From Psammoneis japonica (Eukaryota): a stretch of 64,000 nucleotides of DNA. The DNA lies in assembly GCA_008632985.1 (NCBI GenBank), contig QPGO01000174.1, forward strand, positions 62,001 through 126,000, written 5' to 3'. Each line of letters begins with the position of its first letter. Position 1 is the first letter of the stretch. The position numbers were made by a program, and so were the translations under genes. Shown piece by piece: positions 1-12,461 of the stretch. Below the pieces are notes generated by a model. It was given only the letters and a program-made list of their open reading frames with translations. It was not told where the DNA came from and did not search any database.

Positions 1-1460
1 TCATCAACTTTGGACCCTTTTTCACTGTTCCATTGGCATGGGTGACTCACGCACTTGCATCAGTTGATGCCATGGAGGAAATGTGCATGGAGGTGGGAAA
101 AAAATGGTCCTTGGAGGCAGATTGTGAGTGAGCTGAGGCTCAATTGTTGGCGCTGACAGTTTTGGTCTTCTTGTGCCATGCCGCAGCCTGCATCAAGCAT
201 TTTCATCATTGTGGCAGATGCCACAGACTGCATCAAATGCTGCGGTTGGTTGAAAAAAGTGGGCCATCATGGTTGCTAAAAGTCACAGCCATTTTGGCAG
301 TCAGTTGGCTCAAATTTAGTGACTGATGGATGGGATCTTCAGGTTGAATGGAAGGATGGCATGTCCAACTGGCACAAATGAGATTGCTGGTGAGCCAGCT
401 TTCAACTGATTGGTGTGGGACATCTTGCATGTCAGTGTGCCAGGATGGTTGTGAAGGTCAAGTCTAGCAGGTGCCAGGAGTGCACACTCCCAAAGACCAT
501 GGTGCAAGCCCTGGCTGTGGACCAGAAGACAGGGTTGGACCTTTGGAAGAAGGCAATCAAGAAAGAGATGAAAAACGTCATGCCTGCACTCGAATTCTCA
601 GATGACAACTCCATGCCAGTTGGACACAAACATGTTGAGTGCCACACAGCATTTGATGTTAAGACTGATTTGACCCAGAAAGTCTGATTTGTTGTGGGAG
701 GTCACAAAATGGAGCCACCCAAAGAGTCAACCTGCTCTGGCACAGTCTCGCATGACAGTGGTGTCAGGATGGCTTTTGCCGCTGCTGCGTCAAACAATCT
801 TGACATTGTGTGTGCGGACATTCAGAATGCCTGTCTGAATGCAAAGACTGAGAAATGCTGCCACACCACTGCTGGTCTGGAATTTGGAAAGCAGAATGAA
901 AAACAACTGCTTGCACATGTTGATGACTTGCTGGTTGTCTCTCATGAGCCTCAGATGTTTGTGGGTCATGTGGCATCTTGTTGCATGCTCAAAAAAGGCA
1001 GCATCAAGGAACCAGAAGAGCACCTTGGTGCCCAGATCTGCAAGCACCAACCATTTGGCTTGGATGGCAAGGCATGTTGGGCATTGTCCTCTGACTTGCA
1101 TGTCAAAAGGGGGCAATTGCCAATGTTGAATTCAAGCTTGGCCAGGTTGGCCAGAGCTTCAGATCCAAGGCTTCAACTCCATTGAGCTTGGGATGCAGAC
1201 CAGAACTCAACAGTTCTCCTGAATTGGATGCCCGGATTGCAAGTTGCCATCAGGGGCTCATTGGCATGCTGTTTTAGATGGCAGAGCTGGGCCAGATTGA
1301 TGTCACAGTGCCAGCGCCCCTTGTGTCCTTACACTTGGCAGCGCCAAGGGTTGGTTGCCTGGACGAGGTGCTTTGCACATTCCCACAAGTGTGGCTGCAG
1401 ACAGAACATTGTCCCAGGGTGGCTGAAGCCATCCCAAGGGACATCCCTGAGGCATGGAGC
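1..1460 (+). mobile_element. Degenerate Ty1/Copia (CoDi-like) pol fragment, reverse transcriptase region
   Basis: ORF pieces 415-687 and 694-1185 show RVT_2-type motifs: LWKKAIKKEM, FDVK, FVVGGHK, ADIQNACL (from ADIxNAYL), AGLEFG, AHVDDLL (from YVDD). Stops and frameshifts present; boundaries approximate. Confidence 0.85.
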
Positions 1461-3788
1461 AATGTCAATTTTGCTTCATTGCACACTGAGTTGTGTGCAT
1501 GTTGAATCCTGCATGAACCACTCGACTCAACATTTTTGGTGGAATTGGCTAGACTTTGACCCCTGCCAGAGCCACAACATGCACAAGATGTGAGCATTGT
1601 TGGTCTCAAACTCTTTAAACTGATGTCTTGCAAGAATGCAACAGGTGTGCATGTCAATGGCATCTGTCACTTCAAAATGGAGCTGACTTTTTTGTGGAGC
1701 ACCTTTGTTGCATGGACAAGTGCGAGAGTCAATGTTCAGTGATTGGCAACTGACTGACTTTCACCCCCATTCCAGGCCCCAAAAGTGTGCTGAACTGCAC
1801 ATTTGTGTGCTGTCAGTCAATCAAGGGGCATTTGGATAAAAACAGAAGGGTCAATTTTTGCACGTGGCATCATGGAGCTGAGGCGGAAAGTTGTTGGGAA
1901 GATGTGAAAAAAAATGCACACCATGACAAGCGCCGCTGATGCATTGTCTTGCAGCTCCACCAAAATAACACCAACGGCTCTCACAAACAACACACACAAT
2001 CTAAGAGTGTTCAAGTGACCATTGGACTCTCAAGATTGTTGAGAGATGGCCCCATCATCAAATGACACACATTTGAATGGGGTCACCCGATTCAACACAC
2101 ACAAAAAATGCTGTTTCATTGCACAATTGGACCAAGGAGAGGCAAACAATGCTGATTGATGCTGTGGACAGCTCATTGATCATTGCAGTGCCAAAGTTGG
2201 ACTGTGGTAGAGGTGCAACACCAGCCACTTGGCTGGTCATAACACAAGAGGTCAAAGAGCAGTTGGCAAGAACCCATCAAAGGCACTTGATGCTGGATGA
2301 TCATGGGAAGGTGCAGTTCAGCAAATGTGGCACCCTGTCAAGTCTTTGTGATCACATTTGTCATGTCACTGTTGTGAAGCTGTCATTGTTGGAGCAGGCA
2401 GTGGTTTCTTCATCACCAAAACTTCTGAGTGACTCCACTCTTTGTCACACAAAGTTCAGTGTTCTTGGGTTTGCATCCTTGCGATTTGATGCCAAAAGCA
2501 AAATTGTCATTTTTCTGTCTGTGGTGTGACAGGTCTTCTGATGGGCTGTGCAGCCTTTGCACTGGCACACTCTTGGCAAGCTCCCATTCTTTCAAAACAG
2601 AAATGAAAATGTGCCAGTCAGTGAATTGTCATGGCTGCATGTGCCTTCATTTGTGAGCGATGGGTCAGAGCATTCTTCAAAGAAATCAGATTGCAATTTA
2701 GGTGGAAGACGATGAAAGCACTGTCGTGCATTCTTGCTGTGGCAAAAAGGAGGGTCTGGATGCCCCAACAATCAAAATGGAAATGGTGTCTGTGTGTCCA
2801 AGATCTAAAAACAGGGGAAACTGGTTTGTGGCATTTTGCTGGGACAAGGCACTGGACACCAAAGATTGCAGAGTGTTGAAGCTGCTTTGCAATTGTTGCA
2901 AATCTTTGTGCTGACGGTCTGTCAATGGCCAAGAAATTTTTTTGCTGTGCAAACATCTTGACACTGAAAGCACTTGTCAAAAATTGGCTTTCATCACTTG
3001 CTGGAAAACACCCAGTTCCAGCAAGTGACAAAAGCCTTTTTTCAATTGTGTCAGTTGCAGGAGCTGCAGAGCAAGAGCAAAGTCCTGAAACATTGGGTCC
3101 TCCAAGTAATTTGCATGATGTTCATGGAAGGACCTCTCAACAGAAAATTGAGAATCACTCAAAAGCTTTTCCCATGCTTTTTGGTGGTGGATCCCCAAGC
3201 AAAGTAGAAGATGAAAATGTCAAATCATTGGAGTGACATTGATTTCCATCTCCATCCAAACCCCACTCAGAACACAAAACAAAAATCAAACCGTGTGCTC
3301 TGCCGGCACACTGGCAGCTGTTGCAATGGTGAACCACAAACAAATTCTGAACAAAAGGAAGCAATCCAAGCTTTTTAAGAAACCCATTGAGTCTCGCAAG
3401 AAGTGCAAGCAACCTCCTGAAGGGATCTTGGTTGAGTCTGGGGTGCCAACTGAATCCAAAAACAACATGCAAGTGCTGCAAAGCACAGCTGGCCCAATGA
3501 TGACCGTCCACAAGAAAATAAAATCAAGATTGTGGAAGATGAAATCTTGATTGAACAAGCAAAGGTGTCATCAATGTGTGCAAAGCTTGGTGACATGCCA
3601 CAGCTTGTCTGTTTGTTGAGCTTCTTGAGGTGCCTCCTGAGGAGGAATGAGGTGGTCAGAATGGAGCAACACCGCCTGCAATCAAGAACAACCTTGGCAT
3701 CCCCCCACTGCAAACATCAAAGATGTCTCACACAACATTGTGCACCACCATGAAAATCGCCCAAGGGTGGTGCAATCAAGACAGGTGC

Positions 3789-4630
3789 AAGGGTTGGCTG
3801 CCTGGACGAGGTGCTTTGCACATTTCCAGAAGTGTTGCTGCGTGCAGAACATTGTCCCAGGGTGGCTGAAGCCATCCCAAGGGACATCCCCAAGGCACAG
3901 AGCAGTGAACATGTGCAATGGTGTCACTGCCATGTTTTTTGTTGATGCAGATCATGTTGGTTGCCGCGGGACACAAGGAGATCCCATGCTGGGATCATTG
4001 TCTTTGTGCAATGTGCGCCAATCTTCTGGTGCTCTAAATGGCAGAATGCTCCAGAGTCCTTGACTTTTGGGTCAGAATTTTTTGCAATGAAGACTGCAGC
4101 AGAGCAGATTGAGGCCTTCCACACCACAAGCTTTGGATGCTTTGAATCCCCGCAGAGTGACCAACCAACGTCTTCTGTGACAACAAGGCTGTGCTCAAGA
4201 ACTCGATGTGGCTGGAGCAAACATTGATGAAGAAGCACAGCGCCATTTCTTGTTGCTGAACCTGCAAGGCACAAGCTGCAGGTGTTGTGCAGATTGCTTG
4301 GGAGGATGGATGCACAAATCTGGTGGATGTGCCCACTGAGCTTGTGCCCTGACCGAAGCTCTGGGAATTGATTCGCCACATGCTGTGGTGAATTGGCCTG
4401 TCCAAAATGGACAGGCCAGGATTGTTCCTCTCCAAAATGGAAAGGTTTTGCCCATCCCAAGCAAAGTTGTGTTTTGCCTGGAACAGGGTGGCAATGCGGA
4501 AGGTGCAGGTTGTGTCGAACTGACCTGACTGGGACAAGTGTCAGCTGGAGGGAACTGAGTGTTTCCAGCCATGTTGTCGCCAAAACGAGTGTTGGGACCA
4601 TTTGGTGAAGACCACCACTGTCGCTCAAGC
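3789..4630 (+). mobile_element. Degenerate Copia RNase H fragment plus 3' non-coding sequence
   Basis: FVDADHVG, RSHAGIIVFVQCAPIFWCSKWQN, FGSEFFAMK and FCDNKAV motifs. Homologous to the inverted copy at about 45900-46850. Confidence 0.85.
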
Positions 4631-5032
4631 ATTGGGTGGCACAGAGTAACCCTGACAATTTCCAGTCCTGTTGATTGCCGTAACATCACCTTTCCATCAG
4701 ATCTTGTCAATTTCTTAGCGACTGCGGCATGATTTACTCACCTTTTCTACAGAAATTTTGTGCAGAACGAAATTACATTTATTTTACTGTATGGCAGGGT
4801 GGGAATGGGCCTGAGTCAAACAAATCTGACCAATTGATGGCCCGAGCTAGCTACCAGTGTGTGTGACCAGACTAAAAAGACAGAGAATGAGCATTTTACA
4901 GACTACAATGCGTTTCTCTTTAGAGAGACACAGCGACACCAACAATGATGGTGCACAGACAGAGCTGGCGCACTGTCGCCCATCACCATCATGAACTGCC
5001 ACAAACATGAAGGTGTGCAAAATGACATTCCA

Positions 5033-5980
5033 TCAGCAGTAAAGCCGCACCAAAGTCAGTTCTGAACAATGAGGGCATGCTTGATTATCATCACGTTTCG
5101 CCACAACATAGCCGAGATCGAACAAACTCTTGGCAGTGTCGACAAAATCAACTTCGAACTTGAAGTCCTCAATGTCAGAAGGATGTAATTCTTCGAACTG
5201 AGTCTGGTAGTGGACTTCTACGAGAATCTGCATTGGCAAAGCGTGGCTGCGAGTTTCATGAAAGGAGTCAAAAACCCCAAATTCAAACCCTTCAATGTCC
5301 ATTTTTAGCAAATCAATTTGGGTATGATTGTTTCTCTGTGTGAGTTCATCAAGGGTAAAGAAGAGAGGACTCGGCTTGGTTCCGTTTCCACCATGTAGGC
5401 ACTCATAGTGAAACGTAAGCCGGCTATTCTCGGGTACGCTGAATCGCGACTCTGGCCCAGTACAGTCAAATGTGTGGATCTGGCATTTCGTCTTTTGAAG
5501 GAGATCTAATTCAAATTCCCACTGGTTGTTACCGCCAATCGAGTAGATGACACAGTCCTCACTCTGCAAGTTGGCAATTCCACAAGCAATTTTACTCGTG
5601 TCGGCGCGACACGGTCCTCCTATGCACGCAAGTTCGGTGCAATTCGCTAGCTCCTTGAATATTCGAAAGCGCTCGTGATCGTGTTGGCTTCCGGGAGCTT
5701 CTATAGCTTTCCGACGAGCATCGGAAAATCCTTCTTTGTATGATTGGATTTCACTTTCCTTGAATTGGAGAAAAGGAAGCGTCGGATTTAACTTACACAT
5801 TGATCTGCCATCAGATTTTCCTTTCGAAGTAAGGGGCCTAGGACGACCGTCTTGGTGCGGATGAGCGACAAGAAGATACCACAACTCATAGACCGCCACT
5901 ATAATAAAGATGTTCCGAACACTACAAACGTGGTTCAACGGTTGGTTTGCTCTCGTTGGGCGTGGGCTGACGTTCACCAT
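5033..5980 (-). CDS. Methyltransferase-domain protein (Methyltransf_22/METTL24-like) with N-terminal membrane anchor, 315 aa
   Basis: Intact ATG-to-stop ORF with normal TpA and Tyr content. Motifs CVIYSIGGNNQWEFE, CQIHTFDCT, IDLLKMDIEGFEF, QILVEVH, CPHCSELT. Hydrophobic segment IFIIVAVYELWYLLV. Confidence 0.85.
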   Translation of the reverse strand: MVNVSPRPTRANQPLNHVCSVRNIFIIVAVYELWYLLVAHPHQDGRPRPLTSKGKSDGRSMCKLNPTLPFLQFKESEIQSYKEGFSDARRKAIEAPGSQHDHERFRIFKELANCTELACIGGPCRADTSKIACGIANLQSEDCVIYSIGGNNQWEFELDLLQKTKCQIHTFDCTGPESRFSVPENSRLTFHYECLHGGNGTKPSPLFFTLDELTQRNNHTQIDLLKMDIEGFEFGVFDSFHETRSHALPMQILVEVHYQTQFEELHPSDIEDFKFEVDFVDTAKSLFDLGYVVAKRDDNQACPHCSELTLVRLYC

Positions 5981-6387
5981 GGTAGAAAAAGGTGTGTGTT
6001 GAAGGTTTCGCTGACGCCGTGCACAGCAGGACAGGACGACTGTGCACCGGTCATTTCGCCTGGGGCTCCATTGCGTTTTCCGGTCATTAACCCCACAACG
6101 TGTCCCATTCCTGAACGCTGGTGTTTTCAGCCAATCACATCATGTCATGAGTGAATTATTGTGACTCAGCAATCCCCCCATTATGACGCATCAACACTTA
6201 CACACAACGAAAATTTCAGCTTTCTGATCATTCCACCTCAGCCCACTCCCGGCTTGGGAGGTCTGCAGTTGACCTCAGCCACTCAAAATCTCCGTGTTGT
6301 GGGATCTTGGTGTTCGCGGCTCGCTCTTGCTTTCTCTCGTGTGCGCACACACGCGTGTTGCTCCAGCTCGCTCATGCTGTTCATGCC

Positions 6388-7200
6388 GGTGGCTCACACC
6401 ACCCTTCTTGTTTCTTCTTCTGTGACTCTCTGGCTGGAGCCAGAGACTCTGGGCTGACGGCGATGGACTGGAATGGCTTTGCTGCTGAGCGCGCAAGCAC
6501 GTCGCTCCCAAACCCCCAGCGCTGGAGCAGCGGGGCCAGAGGGCGGAAGAGGTGGGAGTGACGAAATTGTCTGAGGCAGCTGTTGCTCTTGGCTGCTCTT
6601 TGGAAGAATGAGAGGAGAGAGCAGCCAAGAGAAAATGACCACTGCTCTTGTTGCTCATGCAAGCATGCTCAAATTCAAATTTTTGACAGCCGCAAATGAC
6701 CAATGGCCAAGTGGGTCATTTTGCCTTGTCGAACAACACGAGGTGGGCGGCTCGCACCGCCCTTCTCACTCCTTCTCCTGTGACTCTCCAGCTGGAGCCA
6801 GAGACTCTGGGCCAATGGTGGCGGGCTGGAGCGGCTTTGCTGGTGGATGCACAAGCACCTTGGCTCACTCCCAAGCCCAAAGCTGGAGCAGCACAGGGCC
6901 AGAGGTTGGGGGAGAGGCAGGAGGAGCGACGAAACTGTCTGAGATGGCTGTTGCTCTTGGCTGCTCTCTCCTGCTCAAATTTAAATTTTTAATGGCTGCA
7001 AATGATTGGCAGCCAAGTGGATCATTTTGCCTCATCAAACGATGTGAGGTGGGTGGCTCACACCGCCCTTCTCACTCCTTCTTCTGCGACCCTCCAGCTG
7101 GAGCCAGAGGCTCCAGGCTGACAGACTGGAGTGGCTTTGCCAGTGAATGTGCAAGCCTCCTTCCCAAACCCAAAGCTGGAGTGGTGGGGCCTTCCACCAC
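6388..7200. repeat. Three diverged tandem units of about 310-360 bp
   Basis: The block ggYggctcRcaccRcccttct...ctggagccagag restarts at about 6388, 6746 and 7052. The block ctcaaattYaaatttttRaYRgcYgcaaatga occurs in units 1 and 2. Confidence 0.85.
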
Positions 7201-7299
7201 CAGCGCCGCCACAGTGCAAAGCACTTTCAAGGCATGCGCCATTGCAAGGGTGGGTGGGGAGAGGCTGGAAGGCTGGCGGCAGTGTTGTTCCTGATTGGG

Positions 7300-8480
7300 A
7301 TCTTGGGGATTCATGGGGACTTTGGCATTGGGATGAAGGACAACGTTGCTGCTTGCGAGCATGTCATGGGCAAAGTTGTGCATGATGGGCTCTGCTTGCA
7401 AGTGCAGACAGCACAGCATTTCATCAGACTGTCAGCAGCCCAAGAGCCAAATGAGATTGGCATCAATTCTGGCGCACAGGAGTGCCATGGCACCAGAGGC
7501 CCAAAGGCACCAAGCAGCAACATCTCAAGCAGTGAAACCTGGGGATTTAGGGCTGAGAGCAATGACAGTGTTCCAGAGGATGCTTGTGATGTCAGCTGGC
7601 AACACACGACACCAGGCAGTGTTTTGAAAATGGATGCCCAGTGGAGTGTCAGGGAGCACGCCATGGGCGCAGAGGTGTCTGATGCGGCAGACAAGGGCTT
7701 GAGTCAGGCACAAATTGGGATGTCCTGAAAGGCCTGATCCAAGCACTTTGCCAGGTGACCCATTTTTCTGCACAGTGAAGGTGAGGGTGGCAAAGGTTGC
7801 AGCATCAAGTTGGGCATGCATGGCTTGGAAGGTGTCCAAATGTGGGCCCCGTCAGAGGTCAGAGGCCAAGTGCATGTCTGCCAGTTGGAAAGGTGTGGTG
7901 TCCAACGGTGTTGCAGTGCACTTGCCAGGATGCAACAAGAAAAAGAAAGCAACTGCAATCATGTCAGCAATGGCTTTGGTGTCTGGATCATCGCTGTTGG
8001 CGGCAGCGCGCATGATCCAGGTGAGAACTGCTGCTGGGACTGGGGGGATCCTCTTTCTTGCAGAAACGAACTTGGCAGGCAAGGCGGAAATCCATGCCAC
8101 CTTGGGGTGTGTGTGGCATGGATCCAGGGCCCCCATCACAGTGAACGTTTGGCCAATTGACTGCGCGGCATCCTCAGCGGCATGTCCTTGGACGGGATTT
8201 TTTTTGTGTGCATCCTGTGCAGACCCTTCACACAAGGTGAGTCAGTTGCACAATGGCCAGTCGTGCCAGCCTCAGTCACATGGATCTCCTTCAGCCTGCC
8301 ACAGGTCTTGCACTGGGAGTTGCATTTTCCAGTGCATGCTTCTGCATGATCAGCGTCACTGCGGAAAGCCTGCAGATGCAGGAAAGTGGAAATCATTGGC
8401 ATCTGCAGCAGGGATGCCTGCTGCAGTGCACCACACAGCTGTGGAGAACACTGTTTCTGCAAACATGGCCTCATGCATGG
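7300..8480 (-). pseudogene. Tyrosine recombinase remnant, probably from a YR element (DIRS/Ngaro or Crypton type)
   Basis: AIADMIAVAFFFLLHPGKC (from FFFLLRPGEY), LTFTVQKNG, ASGAMALLCA and LLGC*QSDEMLCCLHLQA (from GRWxSDEMLRYLH) across ORF pieces 7852-8235, 7525-7839 and 7072-7419. Confidence 0.8.
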
Positions 8481-10579
8481 AAAGACCCACAGACTGAAAA
8501 AAAGGGAGAAAAAGGCATGTGTGGAGAGAAGACCCTTGTGCACAACAAGAAAGCAACAAAGACATTCAACTGCAGCAAAGATTGCCATGGGGAAATCTGG
8601 CAAAGCAGTTTGCAAAGGTGCTTGTTGGATTGTGATCACCTGGGGCAAATTGGGAACAGGCAGGCGTTGCAACACATGATGGGCAATTGGCAAAAACACA
8701 ACTTCCTTTGCTTGTTGACAAAACAAAAGCTCACGTGCAACTGTCTTTTTGCCCTCCAACCAGGGGCAGGCCATCATCAGCCCCATCAGCATCACTCTCA
8801 ATGGGTTCTGACATGAGAAACAAATGTGCATCAGTGCACAATGCCAAAGCTTGCTCTCATCTCTTTTGCCCCCTTCTGAAACTCAAAGCACAACCCACAG
8901 CTGGAATGTCTCAAGCACTTGTGAATTCAGTCCAATTGCTGCTGCTGCAGAAAAAGCAGCAACGTCAGAAAGCATCACAAATGGACTGAGGATGGAGGTG
9001 TGACAAGCAACCACACAATGAGTGATGCCATCAGGGCCCATCCTGGAAGTGCCAGTTCCACCAAGCACATTGACACAGCCATGACACAGCATTTCAATGA
9101 TTTTCAAAAGATTCAAAATGAACCCAGCCTTGACAAACTAACAACTGGGTGTGTGTGGAGGGAGAAAACAAGAGGATGTTGTTGTTAAAGTGCAACAACC
9201 ACTTGCTTTGCACAAGATTCCCAAAATTGACAGGAGCTTGATGCAATGTGTCAGACTTGAAGGTTGCACATGTGGGAAAGGTGCAACAAGCACTCAAGGA
9301 CAAGTTTTCTCAGCACTGCTTCTTCAGTCAAGAAGAGAGTTGGAAGGAAATGAGGGAACAGTTAAAAAAGGGGATGAAGCACCTCAACATGCACCATCCT
9401 GACAAAGATGCTGACACCCAATGCACTCTTCCTCTGCACCCAGACCTTGGCAAATGTGGAGAGCTGGTGCGATTCAAAGATCTGGGAATGAATGTTGCAG
9501 ATGTCAAGACAATTGCAGCCCGGCGAGTTTGCTTTGAAGTGTTTGCAGTTTTTGTCATGCTTCTGCACACAGCTCACCAGTTGCTCCATTTTTTTTTGCC
9601 GGCATGAAGAGCTGTTGATGCACCAGCCCAAATGCCATGGCAGAAATGGTGTGGGCAGATGCTGGAGCTTCTCTTGGTTTCTCATGCTGTTGCCTTCAGT
9701 GGTGAGCACTGTCTGTTGCACTGCTGGGATGAGGCTTTTTGGGATTCTAGATTCAGAGTCCCAGATTTTGAATGGCCTTTGCTCAAACAGCTTGATGAAC
9801 AATGCATGGTTTTTGTCATGATGCCATTTTCAGAGGATGCGCACCTGCTTGGTGCATTTGGGGCATTCAGGGCCTGCATGTTGGTGGAGTCAGGAGCTCT
9901 GAAACATGGCCATCACATTGCAAAACAGAAGTTTGCATTCCCAAAGCTGCATGAGTCACAATCTGAGGATGAGCAAAAGAAGCATCAAAAACATCATGAG
10001 ACAAAAGGCCATTCATGAGATGCAACAAATGGCAAACACCAAAATTCCAACCATGTTGTCGCATTGAGTGCAGTCTCATTGACCCATTTCACCATTCTTG
10101 TCTTCTTTGTCATTGTGGATGTTGGTGTGAGGATGGTTGAGTTCATGGCGGCAGCATGGTGCCATTTTTGGCATGTGCGATTTGTGGATGAGACATGAAA
10201 AAAAGACAACATCATGTGGGAGCTCAAAAATTGCATGCAACTGTGGTGCAAAAAGTGCGTGTCACACAGAAATGTGTAGAAAACCTTGTGCATTGTCCCT
10301 GAGTGACCCACCTGGGTTGAAAACACATCAACAAAGCATGGTGGGTGATTTCAGATGCTCTCAAAGATGATTGGCAAAGAAATCAGTTTTGGAGAGGCAG
10401 CTGCAGCACCCCAGTTCTGAAAAAGTTGCAAGGAAAGCTCAAGCAATGTGTTGCAGCCTTGTCACCCAAACAACCCACAACATGCACAAGGCAGAAGCAA
10501 ACTGAGCACAAGAAATCAAGACCAAGCGCAGTTGCGTTGTGTTGATTTTTGTGGTGATGAGGCCCCCTGCATTGCAGCT

Positions 10580-10750
10580 GTTGGCACTGCAAGACTTTTT
10601 GGCAATGAGTTGCAACACTTGCCCATCATCATCCTCAAAAAAACATTTGACAAAGCATCTGACATGAACTTGCACAGATTGTCAATGTCAGCTGTGTTTT
10701 CAACCAACCCTGTCTCAGGAGGTGGGAGCCGACACAGTGTCTTGATCTGC
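10580..10750 (-). pseudogene. RusA-like Holliday-junction resolvase remnant (frameshifted)
   Basis: Joining ORFs 10516-10752 and 10439-10675 across a T-run frameshift gives ADIDNLCKFMSDALSNVFFEDDDGQVLQLIAKK, which matches the RusA pattern DxDNxxKxxxDAL...DDxQV. Confidence 0.6.
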
Positions 10751-11249
10751 AATGACTCTCAAAGGGCCCTTGCAACCTTGGCAAATTTCTTCTGCTTCCC
10801 TTTTGAAGGATTGCACCAGGTTCCATTCCCATCATGTGCATCATGACACTGAGACTGGGGCTTGCCACATGTCAAAAATTCAAGATTTTCCCTCTTGAAA
10901 GTGCGCTTCATTGTCATTGTGAGAGAAGAACAACAGCTTGCTGCACTTCTTCTTCTTCCTGCTCTCACCAACACAAGCAGACCTTGAAATGCAGTTCTGG
11001 GACTCCGCGTGCCTCTGTTGTTCTTTTTTGCCCGTTGTTCTTTCACAGGAAGGGAAATTGTGCCACAAACAATTGGAGCAAATGCCAGTGCAAGGAGAGT
11101 GGGTGGCCATGAGGAGGCTGTCAGCAAGGCCATCATCAAGAACGCAACATCACAGAACTCTCACACCCAAAATTCCATGCCGAGGTTTGCTCCCGGGAGT
11201 GTGGAGTGTGAGACCTGTGCTTGCTGGACACCCAACAATGGGGGTCATT

Positions 11250-11900
11250 GTGGCTCTCAGAGTCATTGCACAGAAATTGTGCAGAAGAGTGCCAGAAGCA
11301 ATTGTTGCTGGCAATGGGAATCATCGCAGCTCTCAGAGTCATTGCACAGAAAGTGTGCAGAAGAGCACCAGAAACAGTCGTTGTCAGTCTCTCTGCCCTT
11401 CTGAACTTGAGTGTCAACTGCTTCTCAAAAAATCAATTGAAATGTCATCTGACCAAAGGTGTTGCTCTTCACCATGCAAATCAAAACACCTTTGGTCAGA
11501 TGACATTTCAACTGAGTTCCTGAAAAGTCACCAGCTCAAGTCACCCTCTCACATGACACTGTGTGCATTTCTGCATGACCCGGCATTTTTCCTCATGCAA
11601 AATGCCAATTGTGTGACTTTTGTGACATTTTTGAACAACTCCTGTTGCTGTCTGCTCTTCCGTGCTCAAATGTCAACTTCTTGGGAAATCAATTGAAGCG
11701 TCATCTGACCAAAGGTGTCGCGCTTTGCCATGTAAATCAAAACACCTTTGGTCAGACAACATTTCAACTCAGTTCCCAAAAAGTCACTGCTGCAGCTTGA
11801 GCCACCCTCTTGCATGACATTGTGCACAATTCTGCACGATTTGGTGTTTTTCCTTGTGCAAATGCCAGTTGTGACTCTTGCAACATTTTCGAATGATCCA
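11250..11900. repeat. Internally duplicated repeat carrying long hairpins
   Basis: Perfect 27-bp inverted repeat ttgaaatgtcatctgaccaaaggtgtt (11437-11463 / 11485-11511). Diverged second copy at 11693-11767. The block ctctcagagtcattgcacagaaa occurs at about 11255 and 11330. Confidence 0.85.
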
Positions 11901-12417
11901 AATTGTCTCACACAAGGGGAGTCCTCCGACAAAAACAGCGAGGGCCCAGTTTTTAGAAAAAGTCATCATGCGAGCCATTGGACCATCCTTGCACAATCTG
12001 TTTTCTCATGTGTTGAGCTGCTTTGAGCATGCAAGAAAGAGAGAGAGAGCATGATCTTGTCTGAGAGAACTCTTGATTCTCATTGAACAAACTCCTCAGC
12101 AGAGAAAAGACTCTGCCCGGTTTCACCAGAAGACAGCTGAGCCAAGGCAAGAGGCACGCAGCCCCTCAAACCAGGGGTGGTCACTTGTCACTGGAAGAAT
12201 CATCTGCAGCAGGTGCATCATCCTCCACGTGGCATCTTCTTTCAACAGCTTGCGGTTTTCGGTGTGCTGTCATGGCCCGTGCTGTGTGGCACTTGCTGCT
12301 GCTGGCAGCAGCAGCCAGTGCATGGCACGCATGTGCTGGCATTGGCTCATGACAACCCATCTCACCAGACAAAACAAACTGGGGAGCCCCAGCTCCCCCC
12401 CCCCCCCCCCCCCCCCC

Positions 12418-12461
12418 NNNNNNNNNNNNNNNNNNNNNNNNNNNNNNNNNNNNNNNNNNNN
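12418..12461. other. Assembly gap (44 N) after a poly-C run
   Basis: Run of N preceded by about 23 C. Confidence 0.99.

Noticed and set aside
11250..11900. CRISPR array or structured RNA gene
   Set aside because: Few, long, irregular repeats with no unique spacers or cas genes, and no tRNA or rRNA features.
12395..12461. Poly-C tract as a biological feature
   Set aside because: It abuts an assembly gap, so its length and context are unreliable.
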